59,259 nt of DNA, taken from assembly GCA_023244815.1 (NCBI GenBank), contig JAHFLQ010000004.1, forward strand, positions 1 to 59,259. Reading direction: 5' to 3'. How positions within the stretch are numbered: position 1 is the stretch's first letter; each line of letters starts with the position of its first letter. The stretch is from a bacterium. GTDB lineage: Bacteria; Patescibacteriota; Minisyncoccia; UBA6257; WO2-44-18. The notes beneath the pieces are model-generated. The model had not been told where the DNA came from and made no database searches. It was given only the letters and a program-made list of their open reading frames with translations. The position numbers and the translations under genes are program-made. This document shows, one piece after another, positions 8,160 to 17,375 of the stretch.

Positions 8160-9026
8160 ATGATGCAAATAATAAAAAATAAATATATCTTTTTGGCGAT
8201 ATCCGGTTTGCTAGTAGTAGCGGGTATTGCCGCGATAGTATTTTTCGGCTTGAAGCCCGGCATCGATTTTTCCGGCGGCGTTTCCTGGCAACTGCATTTC
8301 CAAGGCACCGTTCCCGCCCGCGATGAAATTGCTCCATTGTTTTCCGACGCAGTGATTACTCCCCAAAGCGGCGGCAACTTTTTGATCCGGCTGAAAGATC
8401 TAAGCGAAACCGATCGCAAGGCGCATCTCCAGCAACTGAACGACTCTTTTGGTGCCGTGGAGGAATTGCAGTTCCAAAATATTGGGCCGGTGGTTGGCCA
8501 GGATTTGAAAAATAAATCCGTCTGGGCGTTCATATTGGTGCTATTCGCGATTTCTGTTTATGTTGCTTTCGCTTTCCGGAAAGTCTCACGGCCGGTGAGT
8601 TCCTGGAAATACGGCATTATTACTTTGATAACGCTTTTTCACGACGCGATTATACCCGCCGGGCTGTTTGCGATTTTGGGCAAGTTGTTCAACGCGGAAA
8701 TGGACACTAATTTCGTGGTAGCGATTCTGGTAGTAATGGGCTTTTCTGTACACGACACGATCGTGGTGTTCGACCGAATCCGGGAGAATCTCAGGCTTTC
8801 GCGCGTGGATAAGGTTGATTTCAATGAACTTGTGAACGTGAGCGTTAACCAGACGATGGCCCGATCAATCAACACCTCATTTACGCTTATTTTAACCCTG
8901 CTGGCACTGCTCTTTTTGGGCCCCTCCACCCTGACCTTCTTTGTTTTGACTATCTTAGTAGGCACGATTGTCGGCACCTATTCATCAATTTTTGTTGCTA
9001 GCCCACTATTGACCATTTGGCGGTAG
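8160..9026 (+). CDS. secF: protein translocase subunit SecF
   Basis: GIDFSGG, GFSVHDTIVVFDRIRENL, ARSINTS, GTYSSIFVA. Confidence 0.97.
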   Translation: MMQIIKNKYIFLAISGLLVVAGIAAIVFFGLKPGIDFSGGVSWQLHFQGTVPARDEIAPLFSDAVITPQSGGNFLIRLKDLSETDRKAHLQQLNDSFGAVEELQFQNIGPVVGQDLKNKSVWAFILVLFAISVYVAFAFRKVSRPVSSWKYGIITLITLFHDAIIPAGLFAILGKLFNAEMDTNFVVAILVVMGFSVHDTIVVFDRIRENLRLSRVDKVDFNELVNVSVNQTMARSINTSFTLILTLLALLFLGPSTLTFFVLTILVGTIVGTYSSIFVASPLLTIWR

Positions 9027-9101
9027 TTGTGATATCATTACAGGCAACATAATGTTATAGGTGTTGACACCTATAAAGGCATTGTGTTAATATCTCAACC
9101 A

Positions 9102-10097
9102 ATGATTGAAGTTTCCAAAATCAACAATCTTATTAAATACTGCCTGGCGGGACTTTCGCCGCGGCAAAAAGAAATAATTGATGGCCGCTATGGCCTGACC
9201 AACGCGGAGAGTCTGACGCTCGCCGAGCTTGGCGGCAAATATAACCTGACCCGTGAGCGCGTTCGCCAGATCGAGGCTATTGCCCTGAAAGCCTGCAAAT
9301 CCAAATCTGCAAGTCTGGAACTTTCCGAATTCATAAAAACTGTTGTTGCCAGCTTACGGACTACCGGTGGTTTGAAACGGGAGGATTTGCTTATCCACGA
9401 ACTGGGAGGCGAAGCGCAAGCCAACCGATTTAAATTTCTTTTGGAAATCAGCGGCAAATTTCAATATGCGAAAGACGAAAAAACCTTCTACCCTTATTGG
9501 TATCTTTCTGATGTTGATAAAAAGAGGGCAGAATCTTTTGTGTCCTCTCTAGTGAAAAGCGCGGATCGAGAAAACTTTATGGCGAGTTTTATTTCCGCCG
9601 CGAAAACCTTAGGCCTGTCGGACGCGGTCGCCCGCCATTACGCCTCTGTTTCCAAGAAAATTTCTATGAATACTTACGGCAATATTGGCCTTTCCGATTG
9701 GCCGGAAATTAATCCAAAGACCGCCCGCGATTGGGCTTATTTGGTTTTGAAAAAAGAAAAGCGCCCGCTCCACTTTACCGAAATCGCAGAACGGGTTACC
9801 GGCCTTCGCAAAAAGAGCGCCCACGCTCCGACCGTCCATAACGAATTGATTAAGGATGAGAATTTCGTACTGGTTGGCAAAGGCACCTATACCCTGAAAG
9901 AATTCGGCGTTATTCCGGGTACCGCTCGCCAGCTGATTTCCCACTTTTTGAAAAAGCATGGGCCGATGAAGGCCAACGACGTTGTTAAACTGGTACTCAA
10001 GGAGCGCCTCTTCAAAGAAAATACGGTCTTAATCAATCTCCAGAACCGCCGGAACTTCAAGCGGATGGATGACGGCCGTTATACTACTTTGGTATAA
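9102..10097 (+). CDS. sigma-70 region-4-like HTH plus HARE-HTH (RNAP delta-like) domain protein
   Basis: N-terminal LTLAELGGKYNLTRERVRQIE; C-terminal RPLHFTEIAE...TVHNELIKDENFVLVGKGTYTL; ATG 9102 follows an extended -10. Confidence 0.75.
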   Translation: MIEVSKINNLIKYCLAGLSPRQKEIIDGRYGLTNAESLTLAELGGKYNLTRERVRQIEAIALKACKSKSASLELSEFIKTVVASLRTTGGLKREDLLIHELGGEAQANRFKFLLEISGKFQYAKDEKTFYPYWYLSDVDKKRAESFVSSLVKSADRENFMASFISAAKTLGLSDAVARHYASVSKKISMNTYGNIGLSDWPEINPKTARDWAYLVLKKEKRPLHFTEIAERVTGLRKKSAHAPTVHNELIKDENFVLVGKGTYTLKEFGVIPGTARQLISHFLKKHGPMKANDVVKLVLKERLFKENTVLINLQNRRNFKRMDDGRYTTLV

Positions 10098-10104
10098 TTA
10101 TTGA

Positions 10105-11379
10105 GTGATTGTTCAAGTTCTCCACGGTATTTTAAATAGCATTTTTTCCGTGTTTGCCGTCAGCTGGTGGATTATTTTACCGCTAGCGATGGCTTTTGTT
10201 TTCTGGCAGTTTTGGACCTATTACATCTATGTTCAGTATCTTAGGTCTCAGAAATGGGTTTTATTGGAAATTAAAATTCCGGCTGTTATTGAAAAAACCC
10301 CCAAAGCGATGGAACAGGTTTTTGCCGCTGTTTACGGGACCTATTCTTTCGGGTTCACTTTTCGCCAAAAATATATTGAGGGACACGTGAGAGAAGACTG
10401 GCTGTCTTTTGAGCTGGTCGGTTTTGCCGGCGGCGTTCATTTTTACGTGCGCACTCCGGATTCCTACCGTAACCTGATTGAGGCGGCTATTTATTCGCAG
10501 TATCCGGACGCGGAGGTTCATGAAGCTCAGGATTACCAAGATTTATTTCCCAGGACCCTGCCCAATAAAGTTTATGATATTTTCGGTACCGACTATCATC
10601 TGGTCCGAGAAAATGCCTATCCAATCCGCACCTACGAATTTTTTGAATCTACCGTAGACGAACATCGTTTAGACCCAATTGCCGCTATTACCGAAGCGAT
10701 GTCCAAGTTGAAAAATGACGAAGCGATTTGGATCCAGATTTTCGTGCGGCCCGCCGGACCGGACTGGAAAGAAGAAGCCGAAGAAGTGCTGGACAAGCTT
10801 ATCGGCCGCAAGAAGCCGGCACCGCCGAAGGGCATGCTGAGCAATTTTGGCGAGTTTGCCAGGAATCTTTCGGTAGCCGCCATCGAACATCCGAGCTGGG
10901 AAGAAGCTGCGGTAAAGAAGGAAGAGAAAGAAAAAAATCTTTTGCTGGGCCTTACTCCGGGCGAGCGGGAAATTCTGGAAGCTATCGAAGAAAAAATGGG
11001 CAAGCTTGGGTTTGAAACAAACATCCGATTTGTTTATATAGACAGGCGGGATAGTTTTACCCGATCAAATATTGCCGCGGTAATGTCCACCTTCCATCAA
11101 TACAGCGCGCCGCATCTCAACGCTTTTCGTCCAAACGTGAGTACGCTAACCGTGGTACGCGGTAATTTGAAACTGGCGAAAGACCGCCGACTTTGGTACA
11201 AGAAGCGTCGGATTTGGGATGCTTACCGGAGAATGTACTGGCCTCGCAAGACCTCCATCTTAAACACCGAAGAATTAGCGACCATCTTTCACTTCCCAAG
11301 CATAGTCGTAGAGGCCCCATTACTTCGTCGTTTGGGCGCGAAAAAGGGCGAGCCGCCAGCTGGTTTGCCTGTGGAGTAA
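10105..11379 (+). CDS. conserved membrane protein, probable partner of the downstream coupling-protein-like ATPase
   Basis: N-terminal TM; LLEIKIP...AMEQVF, WLSFELVG, ELATIFHFP motifs resemble N-terminal modules of CPR VirD4-like proteins (recall, not searched). Confidence 0.65.
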   Translation: MIVQVLHGILNSIFSVFAVSWWIILPLAMAFVFWQFWTYYIYVQYLRSQKWVLLEIKIPAVIEKTPKAMEQVFAAVYGTYSFGFTFRQKYIEGHVREDWLSFELVGFAGGVHFYVRTPDSYRNLIEAAIYSQYPDAEVHEAQDYQDLFPRTLPNKVYDIFGTDYHLVRENAYPIRTYEFFESTVDEHRLDPIAAITEAMSKLKNDEAIWIQIFVRPAGPDWKEEAEEVLDKLIGRKKPAPPKGMLSNFGEFARNLSVAAIEHPSWEEAAVKKEEKEKNLLLGLTPGEREILEAIEEKMGKLGFETNIRFVYIDRRDSFTRSNIAAVMSTFHQYSAPHLNAFRPNVSTLTVVRGNLKLAKDRRLWYKKRRIWDAYRRMYWPRKTSILNTEELATIFHFPSIVVEAPLLRRLGAKKGEPPAGLPVE

Positions 11380-11389
11380 AGGGCTTTGT

Positions 11390-11423
11390 CTGAAATTTGG
11401 AGGCAATGCCGAACAAATTTCAG
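11390..11423. repeat. intergenic palindrome
   Basis: CTGAAATTTG (11390-11399) / CAAATTTCAG (11414-11423), perfect 10-bp inverted repeat. Confidence 0.7.
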
Positions 11424-11607
11424 GAACAAAACCTTTACCCCGTTAGATAGCGACCAAACAACCAATAACCAAAATGATAATAAATGTAATCAAAGAAAGT
11501 CGAATCAAGGGTACCCCCGTAGCCTTTTTCGCATCTAACTGGGTGCTCAATTTTGTGGCTAAATTTTCTTCGCTACAGTTGAGCTCGAAAATTTAGACAA
11601 AATTCGC

Positions 11608-13269
11608 ATGGAAATTAATTTTTTTGGAGAAGTAAATTTTCGGGGCTCTACTAAAAAATTTGGCATTAAAACCGATGACCGGCGCCGGCATATGTATTGC
11701 ATTGGCAAAACCGGCATGGGTAAGACGACGCTACTGGAAAACATGGTAGTGAACGATATTCGCGCTGGCAATGGCGTGGGTATTGTGGATCCGCATGGCG
11801 ATTTCGCCGAAAAAATGCTGGAATTTGTACCCAAAGATCGCATTAAAGACGTGATCTATTTTAACCCCGCCGATATCGAATACCCGGTGGCTTTTAATCC
11901 GATCGAAAAAATTTCCGCCGGCTACCGCCACCTGGTGGCCTCCGGCTTAATGGGCGTATTCAAGAAAATTTGGCCAGATGTCTGGTCGGCTCGTATGGAA
12001 TATATCCTAAACAACTCGCTCCTGTCCCTATTGGAATCTCCAGACGCTACTTTGCTTGACGTAATGCGTTTGATGTCCGACAAGGATTACCGAAAGAAAA
12101 TTGTAGACAATCTTCAGGATCCGGTGATGAAGAATTTCTGGGTGAACGAGTTTGCTCGCTACGCGCAGAAATTTGAAACGGAAGCGACCGCCGCCATTCA
12201 AAATAAGATCGGCAAATTCGTCGCCAATCCTTTAGTGCGCCACATTTTGGGCCAGCCAACTTCCGCTTTGGACTTCCGCAAGTCTATGGATGATAAAAAG
12301 ATTATGATTTTCAACCTCTCCAAGGGCCGCATCGGCGAGGATAATTCCGCCCTGCTCGGTTCCATGATTATTACTAAGCTCCAGCTGGCGGCCATGTCGC
12401 GCGTGGATATCGTCAACGAAGCTGACCGCAAAGATTTTTTCCTGTACGTGGATGAATTCCAAAATTTCGCCACCGATTCCTTCGCCAACATTCTTTCGGA
12501 AGCCCGCAAATACCGCCTGTCGCTGATCCTTGCCCATCAGTATATCGGCCAACTGGTGCACGAGATGAATACGAAAGTTCGGGACGCGGTGTTCGGCAAT
12601 GTCGGTACAATGGTGGCTTTCCGCATCGGCGCGGAAGACGCCGAATTTCTGGAAAAAGAATTTGAGCCGGATTTTATGGCGACCGATCTGGTGAACATTC
12701 CCAAGGCTAATTTTTATATCAAACTGATGATTGACGGCGTATCTTCGCGGCCATTTTCCGGGCGGGGCATCGCGCCCGTCCAGCGTCCAGCTAGTGCATT
12801 TGTAAAAGAGATCGTCGAACATAGCCGCAAGACCTATGCTACTCCACTGAAGGCTGTAGAGGAGAAAATTGCGAGTAATTGGGCTATCGCGCCAGAAGAA
12901 GAACGACCAGAAAGGCCTCCGCGAATGAGTGACAGTATGGCGCCCCGTCGCCCAATGGGTAATTACCCACCCAGGCGGCCATCTGGCCCCCTTCAGAGCA
13001 GGCCCATGGATTTTGATACGACACGCCGATCGGAACGAGAATACCGGCCGCCAGCCAGGGAAGTTCGCCCTGAGCCCGCCGGACGTGAGCAGTCTGCTCC
13101 AAGGCCCGTCCCGACTATCTCGCTCAAAGATTTGAAACCGCGCGAGATGCCGCCACAAGCGCCAAGCGAAAAACCGAAAGAACCGGTTAAACCTCCGGCG
13201 CAGGCGGTTGACGTGGGTGAGCTGCGCAAAGCTTTGAAAGAATCACTGGACAAGAAGAACCCGCAGTAA
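11608..13269 (+). CDS. VirD4/TraD/HerA-like ATPase (type IV coupling protein-like)
   Basis: Walker A GKTGMGKT, Walker B LYVDEFQNF, LSEARKYRLSLILAHQ; Pro/Arg-rich C-terminal tail. Confidence 0.88.
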   Translation: MEINFFGEVNFRGSTKKFGIKTDDRRRHMYCIGKTGMGKTTLLENMVVNDIRAGNGVGIVDPHGDFAEKMLEFVPKDRIKDVIYFNPADIEYPVAFNPIEKISAGYRHLVASGLMGVFKKIWPDVWSARMEYILNNSLLSLLESPDATLLDVMRLMSDKDYRKKIVDNLQDPVMKNFWVNEFARYAQKFETEATAAIQNKIGKFVANPLVRHILGQPTSALDFRKSMDDKKIMIFNLSKGRIGEDNSALLGSMIITKLQLAAMSRVDIVNEADRKDFFLYVDEFQNFATDSFANILSEARKYRLSLILAHQYIGQLVHEMNTKVRDAVFGNVGTMVAFRIGAEDAEFLEKEFEPDFMATDLVNIPKANFYIKLMIDGVSSRPFSGRGIAPVQRPASAFVKEIVEHSRKTYATPLKAVEEKIASNWAIAPEEERPERPPRMSDSMAPRRPMGNYPPRRPSGPLQSRPMDFDTTRRSEREYRPPAREVRPEPAGREQSAPRPVPTISLKDLKPREMPPQAPSEKPKEPVKPPAQAVDVGELRKALKESLDKKNPQ

Positions 13270-13282
13270 TCTGCGGTTTTTT

Positions 13283-13858
13283 CTACTCTTTTGATTTTTC
13301 CATCCTCTCCACATATTCTCCAGTTTCGGTGTTTACTCGCACGATATCGCCCGTATTAACGAAAAGAGGAGTGGTGACGACGGCGCCAGTTTCCAAGGTT
13401 ACTGCTTTGCCGCCGCCGGAAGCGGTATCGCCTTTGAATCCCGGGGGTGCCTCCTTGACCACCAGGTCAACTTTAATTGGCGGTTTCACGCTGATGATCT
13501 TGTCGCCGAATTTGTACGCCATTACCAGCGTGTTGGATTTCATGAATTTTCCCGGTGTGCCGATCTGTTCTTCGGTAAGAAAAAAACGGTTGGCCGGATT
13601 GTCTTTGGCGCAGAACCAATACTGCCCTTTTGTGTTGTAGAGATATTTTATTTCTTCTTTGGTCATATCCGCCTCCTCAAAACTTTCACTGGAATGGAAA
13701 GCTTGCTCCACAATTTTGCCGGTAATGAGATTCTTGATCTTGCACTTGGTTACTGGCTTCCTCTGTTGCATGCGTAAAAACTCGTACTCCATTACTTCGT
13801 ACGGCTGTCCATCCATCACGAAAATCGTGCCCTTTTTCAGTTCGTTATAAGCCAACAT
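13283..13858 (-). CDS. efp: elongation factor P
   Basis: ELKKGTIFVMDGQPYEV, KGDTASGGGK, TLETGAVV, PLFVNTGDIVRVNTETGEYVER; ATG 13858. Confidence 0.95.
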   Translation of the reverse strand: MLAYNELKKGTIFVMDGQPYEVMEYEFLRMQQRKPVTKCKIKNLITGKIVEQAFHSSESFEEADMTKEEIKYLYNTKGQYWFCAKDNPANRFFLTEEQIGTPGKFMKSNTLVMAYKFGDKIISVKPPIKVDLVVKEAPPGFKGDTASGGGKAVTLETGAVVTTPLFVNTGDIVRVNTETGEYVERMEKSKE

Positions 13859-13932
13859 GTTGTTGATTTTACATAATTGACCCGTTAAAATCAACTTTTG
13901 CTAAATCGGTTATTTTCTTGTATTCTATCGTC

Positions 13933-14991
13933 ATGCGAAAGTCGAAGGGAAGGGTTTTTGTTGCTATGTCTGGCGGGGTTGATTCCAGTGTCGCTGCAGC
14001 GCTCTTAAAAGAGCGCGGCTTTGACGTGGTTGGCGCGCACTTGAAGTGCTTTAACGTGGACGGATGCGCCGCGCAGGATGCCGAGGACGCCCGCCGTGCC
14101 GCCGAGCACTTAGGCATTCCTTTTTACACGTTTGATTTTGAAAAAGAATACAAAGACCAAGTGGTTCAATATATGATCGATGGCTACAAGAAAGGCATCA
14201 CGCCTAATCCGGACGTGATGTGCAACAAGGAAATTAAATTCGGGCTTTTTTATAAAAAAGCAATGGAAATGGGCGCGGATTTTGTAGCGACCGGGCATTA
14301 TGTCCGGTTGATGAAAAAATCCGGTAAACCAATTCTGGCTATCGCGCGGGATAGCAAGAAAGACCAGTCCTACTTTCTCTGGGCCATCAAGCCCGAACAG
14401 TTAGAGAAGTGTTTGTTCCCGATTGGAAATCTGAAAAAGCCGCAGGTAAGAAAGCTGGCCGTGAAATTTGGCTTACACAACGCCGCTAAAAAAGACTCCC
14501 AGGGCATTTGTTTCCTGGGACAGGTTTCACTGCCGGACTTTTTAAAAAAGTACATCAAGCCGAAAGTCGGCGCGATTGTAAATGAAGCGGGTGAAGTGAT
14601 TGGTGAACATAATGGCGCGCATTTTTATACCATAGGCCAACGGCACGGGTTGAACATCGGCGGATTTGAAAAGCCGCTTTATGTTGCTGATAAAGATATG
14701 AAGAAAAATATTGTTGTCGTCGCCGAAGGTGATGACGCTAAGGCGTTATACAAAAAAGAAGCTGACTTAACGTCTTTAAATATTTTTAATATTGAAATAT
14801 TTAAATCTTGCAAAACCATTCCGGTTTTGGCGCGAGTCCGCTACCGCCAGCCGGTTGCCAAAGCGACCTTTGTGAAAAATAAATTAGTATTCGCGAAGCC
14901 AATGAAGTTTGTCGCCGAAGGTCAGTCAGCGGTGTTTTATGACACGAAGGGCATAATGCTCGGTGGTGGTGTTATTGCCAAAGTGAAGTAG
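13933..14991 (+). CDS. mnmA: tRNA-specific 2-thiouridylase MnmA
   Basis: AMSGGVDSSV, PNPDVMCNKEIKF, ATGHY, KDQSYFL, DSQGICF. Confidence 0.97.
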   Translation: MRKSKGRVFVAMSGGVDSSVAAALLKERGFDVVGAHLKCFNVDGCAAQDAEDARRAAEHLGIPFYTFDFEKEYKDQVVQYMIDGYKKGITPNPDVMCNKEIKFGLFYKKAMEMGADFVATGHYVRLMKKSGKPILAIARDSKKDQSYFLWAIKPEQLEKCLFPIGNLKKPQVRKLAVKFGLHNAAKKDSQGICFLGQVSLPDFLKKYIKPKVGAIVNEAGEVIGEHNGAHFYTIGQRHGLNIGGFEKPLYVADKDMKKNIVVVAEGDDAKALYKKEADLTSLNIFNIEIFKSCKTIPVLARVRYRQPVAKATFVKNKLVFAKPMKFVAEGQSAVFYDTKGIMLGGGVIAKVK

Positions 14992-15031
14992 AAGGCGTAA
15001 GTTTGTGGTAGTTGTTTGAAAGGGGTGCAAT

Positions 15032-15946
15032 TTGACAGGATACATCGGCCTCGTGTTTTTCGCGGCACTTTCGTGGGTTGCGGCGATCTTTCTCTACAAG
15101 TATTGCCATGGTGTCTACGAAGGCCAAAAGAATACTTGGAAATTGAAATTTGTCGGCATTTTCATTCTTTCGTTTATGGTTAATATCCTGCTGGTGAAGA
15201 CCATGAGCGGGGTGACAGCAGGTCCCGGAGCTAAGCCGGTGCCTATCGCGTATGGGCTAAGTTATGGACAAATTTTGTTTATTGGAATTCTGGGAACGCT
15301 GCTGTTTCTCGGGTTTTCCGGAATGCTGGCTCAGGTCCTTCTTTATCTACTGAAGGGTCGCAAGCAAGCGTTGAGCGTGCTGCCATCCCTGATTCTCGGG
15401 CCGTTGCTGATTATGAAGATGCTCTACAATCCTACGATTGTCGGCAATATCCTTGTTTTTCTTGTGCTGCTAATTTCACTCAACTTTGCTACCCGTCTTA
15501 CTAAATCCGCGTTCATCTCGATTTTCATCGTGATTATATTGCTAGACATTTACCTCGTCTGGTGTACAAGCGTCACCGCGTCGGCCTTGCCATCCTCTAG
15601 AGCTGAGGTCGCGGATGAGTTGGACGCCGGCTGGTATATCGCCATGTTCCGGAGCAACTTCATGCAGCATTTCCCATTTCCGGTAGGATTTCGCTTTGCC
15701 GACCATCTGCTTGGCAATGGCGACATCTTTTTTATGGGAGTGACGGTAATGTATGCGATGCGCGTCTGGAGTATGCGCGCGGCGGTAACGGCGGGTGTCT
15801 TGATGACGCTACCGCTTCTGCTCCTGCCATTCGCGCACCTGGTTCTGAAAACACCGCCGATGGCCTGGCCTTACACGATCTTCATCGCTCCGGTCGCGCT
15901 CTGTATCGCTATCTTCGCTCCGAAAAATCTAAAACGAAACCAATAA
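15032..15946 (+). CDS. polytopic membrane protein, presenilin/signal-peptide-peptidase-like GxGD aspartyl protease
   Basis: About 9 TM segments; ILLDIYLVW (first Asp), LGNGDIFF (GxGD), PMAWP near the C-terminus (PAL-like). Confidence 0.7.
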   Translation: MTGYIGLVFFAALSWVAAIFLYKYCHGVYEGQKNTWKLKFVGIFILSFMVNILLVKTMSGVTAGPGAKPVPIAYGLSYGQILFIGILGTLLFLGFSGMLAQVLLYLLKGRKQALSVLPSLILGPLLIMKMLYNPTIVGNILVFLVLLISLNFATRLTKSAFISIFIVIILLDIYLVWCTSVTASALPSSRAEVADELDAGWYIAMFRSNFMQHFPFPVGFRFADHLLGNGDIFFMGVTVMYAMRVWSMRAAVTAGVLMTLPLLLLPFAHLVLKTPPMAWPYTIFIAPVALCIAIFAPKNLKRNQ

Positions 15947-15951
15947 AATAC

Positions 15952-15979
15952 AAACCCGTGGTTAAGCCACGGGTTTTTT
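15952..15979 (+). terminator. intrinsic terminator
   Basis: AAACCCGTGG/CCACGGGTTT stem plus T-tract. Confidence 0.85.
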
Positions 15980-16004
15980 GTTAAAATGCGCCCATTCATT
16001 TCAA

Positions 16005-17330
16005 ATGAGAATTCACGACATTTTCTTTTGGGCATCTGTGTTTTTTCTCGCCGGTGTGCTGATAGCTAGCGCTACCGGCAATATTTTAACCGCTGCCATA
16101 TTAATTTTATTGACCCTAGCGACTCTGCCTTTTCTATCATTGAAGTTTTTACCACTACCCCGCGGGGTAGTGGCGCTTGGTTTGGTTATGTTTCTGGGTG
16201 CCAGCTATTATTTCGCTTACGACTATTACACGCAGGATCGGCAGATCATTTTCGATAAGAAGGTTGAGTTCACGGGAATCGTTAGCGCGACGGAAAACGG
16301 GATCAGGGGACAGAAAGTAGTTGTAGATGACATCCAGCTTTCTGTGCCGCAGTATCCGGTCTATGAATATGGCGACCGGGTAAAAATCACGGGAAAAATT
16401 CAGCACGTACCGGATCAGTTAAAAAATTATTTCACGAAAGAAGGAATTTTCGGTTTGATGCTTCGGCCGGAAGTGGCGGTGCTCACTAAAAATCAGGGCT
16501 ATCTAATCAAGGCGCGGCTGCTCAAAATAAAAGATTTTTTTGAGGCGACTTTCCAAAAAGTTTTGCCATTTAACCAAGCGACATTTATGTCCGGGCTGAT
16601 CCTCGGAGATACCTCCATGTTCACCGATGATTTTAAAGAAGCAATGCGCTTGAGTGGCACCAGCCACCTGGTCGCGCTGTCCGGATTCAATATTTCTATA
16701 ATCGTAAAAACTATTTTGGGTATTTTAGGCACCTGGTGGGTAACGAAACGATTCAGATTTCCGATTGCGGTTTTATTTATAGTCAGCTTTGTAATCATGA
16801 CCGGAGCGCAGGCGTCGGTTGTGCGAGCGGCGATTATGGCCGGACTGGTATTGCTTGCCGACAAAACCGGCCGGGTTTTTTATTTCCGCAATGCCGTGGC
16901 CGCCGCGGCATTGGTGATGGTACTGATTAATCCGCTTATTTTAGTTTTTGACGTCGGTTTTCAACTATCCTTCGCGGCGCTATTGGGCATAGTTTATCTC
17001 CGGCCGTTTATTCAAAAGTGGCTGAATTTGAAAGACGAGCCGGGAATTTTCCAGTGGCGGGAGCATTTCCTGAATACCAGTTCCGCTCAGCTCGCCGTCC
17101 TGCCGTTGCTTCTTTACCAATTTGGCTATTTTTCACCAATAGGCATTATTTCCAACATTTTAATTTTGGAGTTTATACCGCTTACTATGGCGCTGGGCTT
17201 TTTTATCGGCTTTGCGGCAATTTTTTCCATGACACTTACTTGGATAATCAGTTGGCCCACCAGCGTGTTTCTCGGCTATGAACTTGGCGTGATTCACTGG
17301 TGCTCTAGGATAATAAACTATATCCTGTGA
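16005..17330 (+). CDS. comEC: ComEC/Rec2 competence protein, membrane (channel) part
   Basis: GTSHLVALSGFNI, ASVVRAAIMA, DVGFQLSFAA motifs; no MBL domain. Confidence 0.93.
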   Translation: MRIHDIFFWASVFFLAGVLIASATGNILTAAILILLTLATLPFLSLKFLPLPRGVVALGLVMFLGASYYFAYDYYTQDRQIIFDKKVEFTGIVSATENGIRGQKVVVDDIQLSVPQYPVYEYGDRVKITGKIQHVPDQLKNYFTKEGIFGLMLRPEVAVLTKNQGYLIKARLLKIKDFFEATFQKVLPFNQATFMSGLILGDTSMFTDDFKEAMRLSGTSHLVALSGFNISIIVKTILGILGTWWVTKRFRFPIAVLFIVSFVIMTGAQASVVRAAIMAGLVLLADKTGRVFYFRNAVAAAALVMVLINPLILVFDVGFQLSFAALLGIVYLRPFIQKWLNLKDEPGIFQWREHFLNTSSAQLAVLPLLLYQFGYFSPIGIISNILILEFIPLTMALGFFIGFAAIFSMTLTWIISWPTSVFLGYELGVIHWCSRIINYIL

Positions 17331-17375
17331 TATAACACTTAATGTCCGTTCGGCCAGTAAATGTTATAAAATCTA

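Noticed and set aside
12232-13158. 308-aa minus-strand ORF
   Set aside because: Antisense shadow of the ATPase gene with no recognisable motif; the same applies to 55634..56608 (opposite pilB), 36924..37661 and most short nested track ORFs.
10105-13269. Conjugative element/ICE
   Set aside because: No relaxase, VirB4, integrase or boundary repeats; the genes sit among housekeeping genes.
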